NCBI GenBank assembly: GCA_030141605.1
Contig: JAQGDQ010000179.1
Coordinates: 248,001-312,000 of the forward strand
Length of the DNA stretch: 64,000 bases
Reading direction: 5' to 3'
Origin: Tubiluchus corallicola
Lineage: Eukaryota; Animalia; Priapulida
Shown here: positions 34,601-43,317 of the stretch, in pieces
Position numbering within the stretch: the stretch's first letter is position 1
Layout of the letters: every line of letters starts with the position of its first letter
Position numbers and translations under genes: made by a program
The notes under the pieces: model-generated
Told to the model about the DNA's origin: nothing
The model's input: only the letters and a program-made list of their open reading frames with translations
Database searches by the model: none

Positions 34601-37329
34601 ATTCAATGCTAGGTGTTCATGCTTCTGCCCAAGCTATAATCACCTATGGTAAAATTGCCAGAAAACATGGACTGACTGGTGTCTGTCTTGATTCTCTCAG
34701 CAGAATTCACACTATTCCTAGTGTTCCAATAGTTGACTGTTTTCAGAAGATTCGGCAACAGGTGAAATGCTACTTGCAGATGGCAGGTACAATGGGTAAA
34801 ACAGAGCTTCAAGAAGGACTAGAGGTCATTGAGTCCACGAATCTAAAATATTTTGGTAAAGACATGACTGCTGAATTCTATGCTTTAAAGGGGATGTTTT
34901 TGGCTCAGATAGGTAGATCCGAAGATGCTAATAAAGCTTTTTCTGCTGCTGTTCAGATGCACGACACTCTTGTGAGAGCATGGGCTCTGTGGGGTGATTA
35001 TCTAGAACAGATATTTACTAAGGATCGACAAATAAGCTTGGGAGTGTCTGCTATTACATGCTTTCTCCATGCATGTCGACATCAAAACGAAACGAAATCT
35101 CGTAAATATCTGGCCAAAGTACTTTGGCTTCTAACGTACGATGATGAAAATTCTCAACTTGCCGAAGCTGTTGACAAATACTGCGTTGGTGTGCCTCCTA
35201 TACAGTGGTTACCATGGATCCCCCAGTTGTTGACTTGCTTGGTTCGCAATGAAGGTCGTCTTATTTTGAATCTTCTCAGCAATGTAGGGCGTATGTATCC
35301 TCAAGCTGTTTACTTCCCAATAAGGACACTGTATCTTACCCTGAAAATAGAACAGAGAGAACGATACAAAAGTGGTGGAGATCTGGGTGGAGCAAATGAC
35401 ATGAAAGGACTGACAAGTCCACTGCCAGCATCAGCTTTGCCATCTACCAGTGTGTCAACTCCATTAACTCCAACAAGTTCAAGTGCTTTACTGCCTCCCC
35501 TTTCATCACAATCGACCAGTTTGCCATTAGGAGCTCCTTCTTTGTCATTGTCAAATGAAACTCCTGGGCACTCTACAAACTTGACTGCTGAACAACCACC
35601 ACCAAGTTCAGTCCAAGCAGAAGGTCCAATACGTGCAACAGCTCCCATGTGGCGCTGTAGTCGAATTATGCATACACAACGTGATCAACATCCTACGATA
35701 CTGTCTTCCTTAGAAGGAATTGTTGATCAAATGGTGTGGTTTCGGGAAAGTTGGTATGAGGAGGTGTTGCGTCAGCTGCGTCAAGGACTGGCTAAATGTT
35801 ACGTGATCGCTTTTGAGAACAGAGATGCAGTTAATGATGCCACTATAACACCTCATACATTGAACTTTATCAAGAAGCTAGTTAGCACATTTGGAGTAGG
35901 GTTTGAGAATGTGGCGAGTGTAGCAAACACTTTCTCGAGTGCTGCTTCAGAATCTCTAGCTCGTAGAGCACAGGCTACTGCTCAGGACCCAGTATTTCAG
36001 AAAATGAAGGGTCAGTTCACCAATGACTTTGATTTCAATATTCCTGGCGCAAGGAAACTGCACAACCTTATTAACAAATTGAAAAAATGGATCAAAATAC
36101 TGGAGGCAAAGACCAAAATACTTCCAAAATCATTCCTAATTGAAGAGAAATGCAGATTTTTAAGCAACTTTTCGGTGAATACAGCTGAGGTTGAACTTCC
36201 GGGTGAGTTTTTACTGCCAAAGCATAGTCACTATTACATCCGCATAGCTCGTTTTATGCCACGTGTTGAAATAGTTCAGAAGCATAATACAGCAGCTAGG
36301 CGTCTGTACATCAGGGGTCACAATGGGAAGATATACCCTTATCTTGTTGTTAACGATGCTTATCTGTCTGATTCACGTGGCGAAGAGAGAGTCATGCAAC
36401 TGATGCGTATGTTCAATACATTCCTTAATAAACAAAAGGAAACTGCAAGAAGAATGCTAAACTTCACAGTTCCCCGAGTAGTTGCTGTGTCACCGCAGAT
36501 GCGTCTTGTTGAGGACAACCCGTTAAGCATTTCCTTAAACAATATCTACAAGGATTGTTGCAGTAAACACGGGACAGAACATGACATGCCAATAGCTCGT
36601 TACTATGAGCGACTTGCTACTGTGCAAGCACGTGGCTCGCAAGCCAGCCACCAAGTCTTGCGAGATATCTTAAAGGAAGTCCAGAGTAATATGGTGCCAC
36701 GATGTATGTTGAAAGAATATGCTTGCCACGCATATCCGGATGCTACCGATTACTGGACTTTCCGAAAGTACTTTACCATTCAGCTTGCAATGATTGGATT
36801 TGCAGAGTTTGTTTTTCATTTGTGCAGGCTCAATCCAGATATGCTGTATGTCCACCAGGATTCTGGCTTCCTAAATGTGGCATATTTTCATTTCCATGTG
36901 GATGACGTAAGCGGTGATCTTGACGCGAACAGGCCAGTACCTTTCCGGTTAACACCGAACATCACAGAATTTTTGACGTTAGTTGGAGTAAGTGGTCCAC
37001 TGACAGCGGCAATGGTTGCTACAGCACGTTGCTTTATACAACCTCACTATAAGATGTCGGCATTCCTGAAAGCAGTTCTTCGAGATGAAATGATTACTTG
37101 GCATAAGAAAAAGCAGGAAGATAGTCAGCCTCCTGGTACACAACCACATGACATGGAAGGTGAACATTTAATTACTATGGTTAACAAGGCAGTGGGGGCC
37201 ATCAATACACGACTACAGAATTTAGCAATGTATGAAAATGCAGAAAGTCGCGTGAGTACTCTGGTGGCAGCTGCAAATAGTCATGACAACCTTTGTAGAA
37301 TGGATCCTGCATGGCATCCATGGTTGTAA
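25606..37329 (+). CDS. TRRAP: Transformation/transcription domain-associated protein (PIKK pseudokinase scaffold of SAGA and TIP60/NuA4), 3907 aa, single coding exon
   Basis: Continuous ORF with TRRAP hallmarks: SLKVLAELPIIVVLMYQLYK, RPLAYSTLADLVHHVR, FRSIGGGSHDLLY, FAT region, a PI3K-like domain lacking catalytic residues (LCRLNPDML in place of DRHxxN; no DFG) and the FATC end LCRMDPAWHPWL. An in-frame TGA at 25549, just after the acceptor at 25541, fixes ATG 25606 as the start. Confidence 0.97.
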   Translation: MDPASQINTYLSFLQMIGDVTAKEENRLKAAQEISENFETIVASPQYSSFLEHMMRYFIKFLQEVEPQFVSEYSMQQLRKLTLDIIHRVPTTEALRPYVKQIVNLMFKLIQIENEENVLVCLKVIIELHKQYRPQYSSEIQVFLHFVKGVYKEFPKHVNGVFEPRSNIKLMDITDVSIDTLLQDLFTITPVQTEKKNADGSSITYNIIPRATCSLKVLAELPIIVVLMYQLYKQNVHQDVAEFIPLIMDTIVLQPLPAHRSSPAFNKEVFVDFVAAQIKTLSFLAYIIKFYQDLVSQHSNHLVKGMLGLLTLCPHEVAHLRKELLIAARHILATQLRIRFVPHIDRLFDENILIGTGWTAHESLRPLAYSTLADLVHHVRHHLSLNDLSLAVSLFSKNVHDESLPSSIQTMSCKLLLNLVECIKQKSEQENGNGRDLLIRMLEVFVLKFKVIAKVHFPLIFQKCKSSVTQPQSTTVSLSATAQPPTPQTPPTPAPVIPQAAISSIDEKFAILEKDEKALKAMSLLQQTTTTSQVTISPIRDQKFGMAPLQPLSVPDCRSLVKTLVCGVKTITWGCASCKVGNDQTFVQNKNFQPKEALVFIRLVKYALLALDIYTINYTATGQSILRTAQQQTVRSKEEKEVLEHFAGVFTMMNPQTFKEIFSTTVSFMVERIYKNYTLQIVANSFLANPTTSATFATILVEYLLERLEDMGSNLEKSNLYLKMFKLVFGSVSLFAEENEQMLKPHLHQIVNKSMELAMSAQEPYNYFLLLRALFRSIGGGSHDLLYREFLPLLPNLLQGLNSLQSGLHKAHMKDLFVELCFTVPVRLSSLLPYLPMLMDPLVSALNGSQTLISQGLRTLELCVDNLQPDFLYDHIQPVRAELMQALWKTLRNPNDTIANVAFRVLGKFGGGNRKMLNEPQKLNFNKRETSGPCITLHFQDTKSSVALPVEKAINAALTALHTGATESHYRKQSWEIIKCFLVSAINLDDDKHNMQQLFTHSTFVEKEITPIQSSLYKCTDWQARDVHVQALTGLFVAAAIKELRSAVLPTLAFLVRHYTMVAVSQQCGPFPMNEKQNKLQGMDCLVLIDALAVLMGHEDKELCKPGHLALVLIMDTASTLLGSKERACHLPLFEYLVEKMCSLCYDRAWYAKMGGCIAIKFLFEHMSMKWVLDHEFLFLKALLFVMMDLTNEVSNGAVTIAKENLEKLLIHCSTPVETKIEPGTENNPATEELVAAQKKSFHSITHELVRQVTSPNTTVREQAMHSLEILAKNVDKTITEIMEPHKEVLVDMIPPKKHLLRHQPANAQIGLMDGNTFCTTLNPRLFTMDLNIVEHKVFFTELISLCEAEDTVLLKLPCYKSITDLVPLRKSALCALAACHYIPQCQEKIFSLLYKALNSNNNDLAQAGYECMKKFLAGCQIDMEIVHSHMRPLLLMLGDYRSLTLNVIQRLSYLTQLFPNTFHEKLCEQLLAHLKRWLDAAAVAHKGTTKNNGNELKICAAIIDMFHKVPAASAKFVELLTTLVLRAERTLLIEAGSPFRQPLMNFLLRYPQQTVDMFLIESTIKDQQCTRYLEYLISHEKGEPFRAVLKANPNRLIAMAFGTIQVQGQMMQPSSPTGTGTTKHELEFQAVRLTSIIVDFDDRWLSSQTQLVATFRKIWIADQFQERHKKLDNVDFAHWSAPKLIVKCLLNYCKHRPNDIELLYQLLRAMTGRFIPCFQELREYLETKVAHEYPVEWKRKAFFKFVEVFHDQNFPQALKAKILQCVLIPSFQSAFEKGDGEKLIGGPPAPEQDSNDNVVSIFINKIIDPEKPFGTSDAVRILMLQFSCLLVEHASPHIHDSANKKQGNKLRRLMTFAWPCLLQKTCVDPTTKYHGHLLLAHIISKFAIHKRIALQVFHSLLKAHAVEARSVVRQALEILTPAMPARMEDGNTMLTHWTKKIIVEEGHTLAQLVHILQLLVRHYKVYYPVRHHLISHMVGSMNRLGFTTTAAVEHRKLAVELAEVILKWELQRLKDEQEAAIDDSAVEQTTSQLKRPTSVDSPQDSKRMRHSSGASVRSQGTHDVLKPLDKIHCDAVVNFLIRLACHVNEASTTVGSPGDLLSRRCVQLLKVALKPDVWENADLKLSWLDKLLMSAGRGDVDTPQPNYANICTGLEVLSFLISVLTNEVILSTLKPLQRGIAACMTCPNSKVIRSVHSLLVRLMDKFPTESATSNVASKYEELECLYACVSKVVYEGLASYEKSASGSPSSLFGTLMILKAACFNNHCYIDRLITSFMRVLLKMTREHLVPSQPDTSQVASELLILSLDLVKNRVGVMSSDMRKSFIGTILVGLLEKTPDVKIMKAITKMVEDWVKTKDPIQLNQGPSLREKSILLVKMMQYIEKRFPDDLELNAQFLELINYVYRDESLHGTELHNKLEPAFLAGLRCLQPHIRAKFFDIYEMSIRRRLFDRLMYICCTQNWEHMGAHYWIKQCIELVLAVAVNGTPITTATPSSQLPSIMSVVNLADTQEKAEFVIATKIKEEPMDVESVDHKEDEDIDIEINNAHDEAGIGKESLKKEIPDPKQSLQLLLTRQAKFIEGLRDVKTVTFLAAIAQLCHTNTQLSEDLWKQLFPRIWKVLTERQQHALSGEIQPFLCSGAHLIQKDCHPSTIKTFMEAVAMCVPAITIKPCVLKYLGKSHNLWHRVTLMLEQTAFDNGATSQLKSRSIAECYEFEPVVSPHQEILDTLVDLYSLLKEDDMWAGIWQKRAKYTETVTAIAYEQQGFFEQAQTAYEAAMSKARQDHNVQTASPSLHSEYKLWEDHWIRCSKELNQWDILLDYGNSKGASNPFLVLESAWRVPQWTLMKEALSQVELSYPKELSYKVNMYRGYISICHPDEHHLGMIDRLVEISSNQAIKEWRRLPRVVSNIHLSLLQAAQQLIELNEAAQINQGLQPQNIGRTNSLHDMKSIVKTWRNRLPIISDDLSHWSDIFTWRQHHYQFIVSHYDSHSSAESGQNHSMLGVHASAQAIITYGKIARKHGLTGVCLDSLSRIHTIPSVPIVDCFQKIRQQVKCYLQMAGTMGKTELQEGLEVIESTNLKYFGKDMTAEFYALKGMFLAQIGRSEDANKAFSAAVQMHDTLVRAWALWGDYLEQIFTKDRQISLGVSAITCFLHACRHQNETKSRKYLAKVLWLLTYDDENSQLAEAVDKYCVGVPPIQWLPWIPQLLTCLVRNEGRLILNLLSNVGRMYPQAVYFPIRTLYLTLKIEQRERYKSGGDLGGANDMKGLTSPLPASALPSTSVSTPLTPTSSSALLPPLSSQSTSLPLGAPSLSLSNETPGHSTNLTAEQPPPSSVQAEGPIRATAPMWRCSRIMHTQRDQHPTILSSLEGIVDQMVWFRESWYEEVLRQLRQGLAKCYVIAFENRDAVNDATITPHTLNFIKKLVSTFGVGFENVASVANTFSSAASESLARRAQATAQDPVFQKMKGQFTNDFDFNIPGARKLHNLINKLKKWIKILEAKTKILPKSFLIEEKCRFLSNFSVNTAEVELPGEFLLPKHSHYYIRIARFMPRVEIVQKHNTAARRLYIRGHNGKIYPYLVVNDAYLSDSRGEERVMQLMRMFNTFLNKQKETARRMLNFTVPRVVAVSPQMRLVEDNPLSISLNNIYKDCCSKHGTEHDMPIARYYERLATVQARGSQASHQVLRDILKEVQSNMVPRCMLKEYACHAYPDATDYWTFRKYFTIQLAMIGFAEFVFHLCRLNPDMLYVHQDSGFLNVAYFHFHVDDVSGDLDANRPVPFRLTPNITEFLTLVGVSGPLTAAMVATARCFIQPHYKMSAFLKAVLRDEMITWHKKKQEDSQPPGTQPHDMEGEHLITMVNKAVGAINTRLQNLAMYENAESRVSTLVAAANSHDNLCRMDPAWHPWL

Positions 37330-37380
37330 TAATTCTATTTCTGTGTCTTAAAATAAAAATGACAGTTAGCATCCACTTAA

Positions 37381-37774
37381 CTCCTTGAGGACCGTCAGCG
37401 ATTGCCGCATTTTGCATGAATTAGTGAAAACTGCTGTCACTAAGCATCCATTACATTATATTGGGTAATTTTTGTACGTTTCTACTCTCCACACAGCGGG
37501 CTTTCACACAGAACTATGTGTATGTACAAAATAGTGTGTACGATCATGCAAGTGAAGGCAGACTAAGTTAGAGTGGCCAAGTTGGAGTGCCGAAAAAGGG
37601 CATGATCTTCTCAATTTTATCAAATTTAATTGCCTATAAATGCTTAAACAAATAACACGATTCGATATCAGAAATTCTTCTGATTTGTAATTATTTAGTT
37701 ATGTCTGTGCTCATATAGCAGCTGAAAAGTCTCAAGTCTTGTAAGAACTATTTTGAGATACGGTCGTGAAGGAG
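37381..37774. mobile_element. piggyBac-type MITE immediately downstream of the TRRAP stop codon
   Basis: TTAA at 37377-37380 and 37775-37778. TIRs ctccttgaggaccgt / acggtcgtgaaggag match at 13 of 15 positions. Confidence 0.75.
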
Positions 37775-38388
37775 TTAAGAAAAGATGTGGCTTTTCTTAA
37801 GTTGATGTTGGCTGCCATTTTTATTTCCATATCCCTTCCCATTGTTAATTCGCTCACACTCCTGCCCATTAATGAATTCTCTAAAACTAATTGGTGAATT
37901 CCCAGTTTAAAAGGTATGCGTGTACATATAAATATTATCCAAAAACTTACAATTATTAGTCTTAAAATTTCCGACTAAGTTCACTGATTATACATTGTAG
38001 CATAAAGTAGATAAGAGTTTAAGTAACATTGTGTAGCATAATATGAAATCTTTATTGATTATTTTAAAACCAGTAAATAATGGTGTACGTCTTTACATCA
38101 TTATTGAGTTTTGAAAATTTAATTTGTATTTGAGAGATTGTTGCTGGTCACATGCATGAAACTGTAATTACGGTCATATGTATTAATTGCCTTAATTGTT
38201 AAAACAGTTTTGTAGTACCGTATTGGATATTTCTTTACAGTGAGCAGTTTTACTCTATTTCCTTCGTCAAATGTACAGAGATTGTAAATCTTATCAGTGT
38301 AGATCACTTAGAACAAACAGTTTGCTAACACTTTTGTTGCTTTCATCTGGTTTGCTCTCACTTAGGTATGACCCAACCTCTGCATTAA

Positions 38389-38523
38389 AGGCCTAGTATT
38401 AACTATTGTTTTTCGGCAAAATAGAATTTTCGGTGTCCTGGGCATAGTCTACTCAGTTTCCAAATGAACAGACCATTCCCAGACCACCGAAAATTCCGTT
38501 TTGCTGAAAAATAATTGCAGGCC
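38389..38523. mobile_element. Small hairpin (fold-back) MITE
   Basis: ttttcggcaaaatagaattttcggtgtcctgggcatagtct is an imperfect inverted repeat of agaccattcccagaccaccgaaaattccgttttgctgaaaa. Both ends are ggcc. Confidence 0.65.
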
Positions 38524-39869
38524 ATTTGTGCAAAAAATGCTTAGAATTTTATCAAATATGAGCTTGCATCAATTTGCACTATAAAATTAAAGTTCTGCAG
38601 TTTGAGTTACATTTTATTCTCAACATTGTACATGTGAACTATGTGCATTATCATTACTCTTTTCAACTTGAACAGTTGTTTGGAAATATGATAATAGATT
38701 CTCTTGTAACAATAAAGTCTTACAAAACCATTACTGATTTGGATTGTTAATGTTCTTAACTTTGTCATTGTTACTGTTAAAGTTGCCATTGTCGTCACCA
38801 TCATCATCAGTGTGGCATTTGTCATTCATGGTCGCCACCTAAGCACCACTATTATCTTAAACAATAACGTGGCGATGCTGTTTGAATATGAAAGATATCG
38901 TGCACTGTATTCTCCTTTTCGTGTAATGTAGTATAATATTGTACCTTACAAACAGGCTCAACAGTAGTTACATACATATTACTTTATAATGTGTTATAGA
39001 GTCAGTTTGGTGCACTGGTGTTGTGCAGTTTTAGATGACACGTAGGCCTATTGCATTTACACACTGCTGCTGATTTCCGAGATTCAAAATTGCACTACAT
39101 GTAAACGAAGAAGAAATGGCATATACTCTACTGGGTAATGAAATACAGATAACAGTAAAATATACATGAAAAGAAACATTGGAGAAGAGGAAACCAAACA
39201 AAAAACTTAGGCTTAGAATACCTATGGCACATAAATCAGTGCTGAAAGCAAAATATGATTCGGCTCAAAATGCAGCTTAGAGATAGCTGATAACTATATC
39301 ATATCGAAAAATTGACGAAAAGTTTTGTACAGGCAGAAATAAGCCGTTGTCGAATGACGTCACTGGTATCTCTTGTACTTTCATAATACATGCGCTTATT
39401 AAAGTTTAGCTTATTTTTAACTTTTTTGTTTCGAAACTGCTGACATCATTTGAAAGTGTGGAAAATAAAAACACTACTCGCCGAAAGTTCAAGACGCACT
39501 GAATACCATAACGTTTGAAAATTTCGCGAAGTAAAACTCTGCCTGCAATCTTTTGTTTCATAGACATTTCTTTCGTGGCATCTTTTTATTGCTTTTATGT
39601 ACGATGGCAGTTTTCCTAGAAGAAGAGCACGGCCCAGACTTAAATGTACAGAATGGATTTAAAAAAACGAAATTTTCTAATTACTTTAGTACATTTGGTG
39701 TCTGTCAGTACTCAGTACCCTTGAAAGCTTTTCATAACACTCGCATAAAACCAAATTTTCTTTTTGTTCTTCGGTGTCAGCTTTTTATGATCAGAAAATG
39801 TTGCTGGCTAATTTAGTAAATGGTTAATGAGGACTAAATGGATTTTGGAGCAGTGGCGTTCTAGGACTC

Positions 39870-40680
39870 TGTCCTACAAACAGTAGAAAATATCGAGGCG
39901 CTTTAAGTCGAGATGCCCAGATGGTCGGGGTAACGAAGCGCTCAAAGTCATAATGCTCTGATAGCCAGCCTCGAGGTGTATCATGTCACATGATCGATAA
40001 GTTTCATAAGGGAGTTACGGCGAGAACCGGGGCTTTTTGGTAGATGTCTGAAAGGTGACAAGGTGTGGACTCTCAACCCATCTGCGTCGTTGGATTGAAC
40101 CAACCTCCGAAGCTCGGAACAGCTCGTATTAGGAATAGGACTGGGCCATTTATAGGAACTCTTGGCCAGTCCCGGAGTTAAGTGATTTTATATACTATAT
40201 ACCTGGTTATAATAACCTTGTACTTAATTGTTGAAAGCTGTACATTATCGTTAAAGGAACAGTTGTCACTAAACTATTTGTCAACTTACTAAAGTTGTAC
40301 CGATACTCTGTAGTTGCGAAATTCCGTTGGTTGATTATAATCTCACTTTGTGAATCTATTTGAATTGTTATTGTCAAAACTATTAGTATTATCGAAACCT
40401 GTTAAATTAATAAACCGTATTAATATAGCATTTACATTGGTTTGTACCAAAGGGAAATACTTCAAAGTTTTGTAAACTTGTAAAAACACTCTGTTGCACG
40501 AACCTGACACGGACCATATTCACACTGAAGCGGCTTATTGCAGAGCCCAGCTAGTAAACTAGGGAGATACAGATAGGCATTCCGACCCAGCCAAAGCTCT
40601 CGTAGTCGGGGAATTAATTGGACAATTAAGAACCTAATTAGCGCTTGTACTACCATTATAAAAAGAGCGGTAAAAATAGT
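39870..40680 (+). mobile_element. Possible solo LTR or TE-derived segment
   Basis: GC- and CpG-richer non-coding block starting TGT, with tttata and AATAAA (about 40409) in LTR-like order. aaacagtagaaaa recurs at about 40957. No TSD or PBS confirmed. Confidence 0.25.
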
Positions 40681-41144
40681 TTGGTGAACTCATAGTAATC
40701 AAAACTATTATTTTGTGTTATACGGGCCAATAGCCAATCGAGGTAAATAAGGGTATAGTAAAAAAGTGAATAAATAAACACGTCCAAAGAAATGAAGTTC
40801 TTATATTGACAGAAGTATTTATTGATATTCTTTTAGTTAAGTAGAGTTTAAAGTTTTGAGAGAAACAGGTTCGTTGTAGAAAATTCCTGCAATAAAAGGC
40901 CAAAGAGAAAAACGAAAAATTGATTATAAGTCATTGTTGTACGGGAAGCCTATGATAAACAGTAGAAAAACGAGTACTAAGAACGAACTTGTCGACGTTT
41001 AGGTACCGGTTAGAAGAGATCCTGAGAGCATCGATTTATAGAAGCAGCGATAATGTAGCTACTCTGAATATAGGTAAAAATGGCAAGGGTGTAGTAAAAA
41101 AATTTATAATAATTATCCTTCAGTATCAGTAACCCTAACACTAA

Positions 41145-41450
41145 TGGTGCGTTCAGGCATAGAGACTTCTCTCGCAACTTTTCTTTGAGAGTAAAGTTAC
41201 TTGTTGCAAGGTATGAACGGTTTGGCAACTTTTATCGCAACTTGTCATAACGTGTAAACGGCTTGGCAACTTCTGTCGCAACGTGTGAACAGCTTGGCAA
41301 CATCTCTCGCAACTTGTTGCAATGTGCGAACAGCTTGGCAACTTCTCTTGCAACTTGTTGCAACGTGTGAACAGCTTGGCAAGTTCTGTCAGAGTCAGAG
41401 AGAAGTTGCACAACAAGTTGCGATAGAGGTATTTACGTCTTAATGTGCCA
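41145..41450. mobile_element. PIF/Harbinger-type MITE with internal ~41-bp tandem repeats
   Basis: TAA at 41142-41144 and 41451-41453. Imperfect TIRs tggtgcgttcaggcatagagacttctctcgcaactt / aagttgcgatagaggtatttacgtcttaatgtgcca. About 5 internal units of gcaacgtgtgaacagcttggcaacttctctcgcaacttgtt. Confidence 0.75.
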
Positions 41451-43317
41451 TAAGTCTCTAACTCACATTAAATGTGTTAATTTTCCTATTTCAAATGTTT
41501 ATCTGCCATAATTGGATAAGTGCTTTTGCAAGAATCATTTTTTATTAACCGAAAGAAACGCTGCTATAATTAACACTTACTTAGCCCTACTGCTACCGGC
41601 TCTAGACAGTTTGGCGCCCTAGACAAAAGTATTTTATCACCTCTTCCTCGGCAGTTCTTGCAAGAGCATTTATCTAATTATAGCAGCATTTAAACTTATA
41701 AGAAATCGAAGCCTTCGGCCTTTAAAAATTAATGCAGGATTCGCCCCCCCCCTTCCTTCCGGTGGGCCCGATTCAAAAAATAAACCATCAACGACCTTTC
41801 GTTTGATGTATAGATCGCCGCAAATGGTGCCGTCGTCGAAGCTGTAGCCTCGAATCTTATATATATATATATATATATATATACCAAGAATATTAATATA
41901 AGAGATACGAACGTAAAAAAGCTGGCGGACATTCAATTACTTGAACAGCAAAAAGATTCGCTAAAGAAGTGTTTGCTTCCAGCCCAGAGTTATAGTTGTG
42001 AACTTTATGAAAAAAAGTGAAATGGAAATACCGGAAAAAGAAGAGTTGAGGATTCCAAAAGTTTCAGATGAAAAGGTTGAGGGAGAGTACGTACATGAAG
42101 AGTATGTGGAAATACGTACTGAAGAAACTGCAGAAATTTTGATTGCTCCTGAAGACCCAAATTGGATGGGATCATCAATTAAACTTCAAATTCAATCAAT
42201 ACTAAGCTGTAATTGATGATTAATGCATTATAATACATATATAAGCCTAACACCCGGATGCCATTATAAGTATATATACAACAAAAATTCAATTTAAGGG
42301 TGGGGACCGGAGGGAAGATGGGGGCGTATTTACCAGCAGCCCAACTAGCTGTAGCCTAGAGCGGACATTTTGAAGACGCCAGGTTTTAGGGGCTCAGTAT
42401 TAAAAAATTCTTATTCTCCACGGAAAATGCGTATGCTCTCATATTTAAATGAATTCGCGTATTTTATAAAACACCACAAGCAGTTAGTAAACTGAATTTT
42501 ATATAACAGTCCACATAACAATGCATGTAATTTGCGTACAAAATTATATTAATATTACAAATTGCAGGGTAAATGTAACGAGTTGGCCCATATTCTAAGT
42601 CAGGTATAGACAAGCCCTGTACAAATAAGTAGACTACTTTTGTTATATAAAAGGCGCTACAGTGACTACACAGTAATTAGGCTGCCTGCTTAGATATAAA
42701 CGCCGTGAAATTTGCTAATTAACAATAATTAATGATATTAAAACACCACAAGAAATTTATTTTGGGTTTATATGCGTATAAAATAAATTAAAAATAAAGA
42801 CGGATGGGACAGAACTATCAACTTAGGGCTTCTGCTCAAATCGTGCATACAATAGAAATTATGAGTAAAAGTAGTGCAAAGCATCAGTAGTATCTGCCTG
42901 AAATGCTGTAGATCTTAGGAACCCAGGTAAAGCGAAAGTGGGAAAGTGTTTGTTGCAGGAAGACAGCTCCAGGTTATCGTGGATGAATCATACATTTTAG
43001 CATGAAAATGATGCAGGAAATTCGCGTCATTAATTAAAGTATAGTTAATTAAAGTATCGCGCAATTATACACGTACTACTAATTAATATACACAAACTTA
43101 AAAATTAAAGAATTACTTCCTGAATATGACGTTCTTAGCTTTGATCAGCTAACTTAGTTTGCCTAGGCCCTAGTGGTACAACCGACCCTGTGCTGACCTC
43201 AGTTAGCTAACCAATAAGCTTAATTTACGTAAACGCTAGCTGTATATATACATGCGGGTCCAAAGTTCAAAGAACAGGAGCATGTAGTGAAAACGTTCGT
43301 TGCATGATATATCCTTT

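Noticed and set aside
26217-37417. Numerous short antisense and alternative-frame ORFs overlapping TRRAP (likewise over the GPCRs, FucT and CEP63)
   Set aside because: Expected shadow ORFs of long coding sequences. None has recognisable motifs.
39553-39816. Hydrophobic ORF as the N-terminal anchor exon of the fucosyltransferase
   Set aside because: It has a TTG start in repeat-like sequence. The exon at 43318-43384 has an ATG, a proper donor and the correct phase.
41200-41385. CRISPR-like regularly spaced repeats
   Set aside because: The units are head-to-tail with no unique spacers, lie inside a TIR/TSD-bounded MITE, and have no cas genes nearby. The context is eukaryotic.
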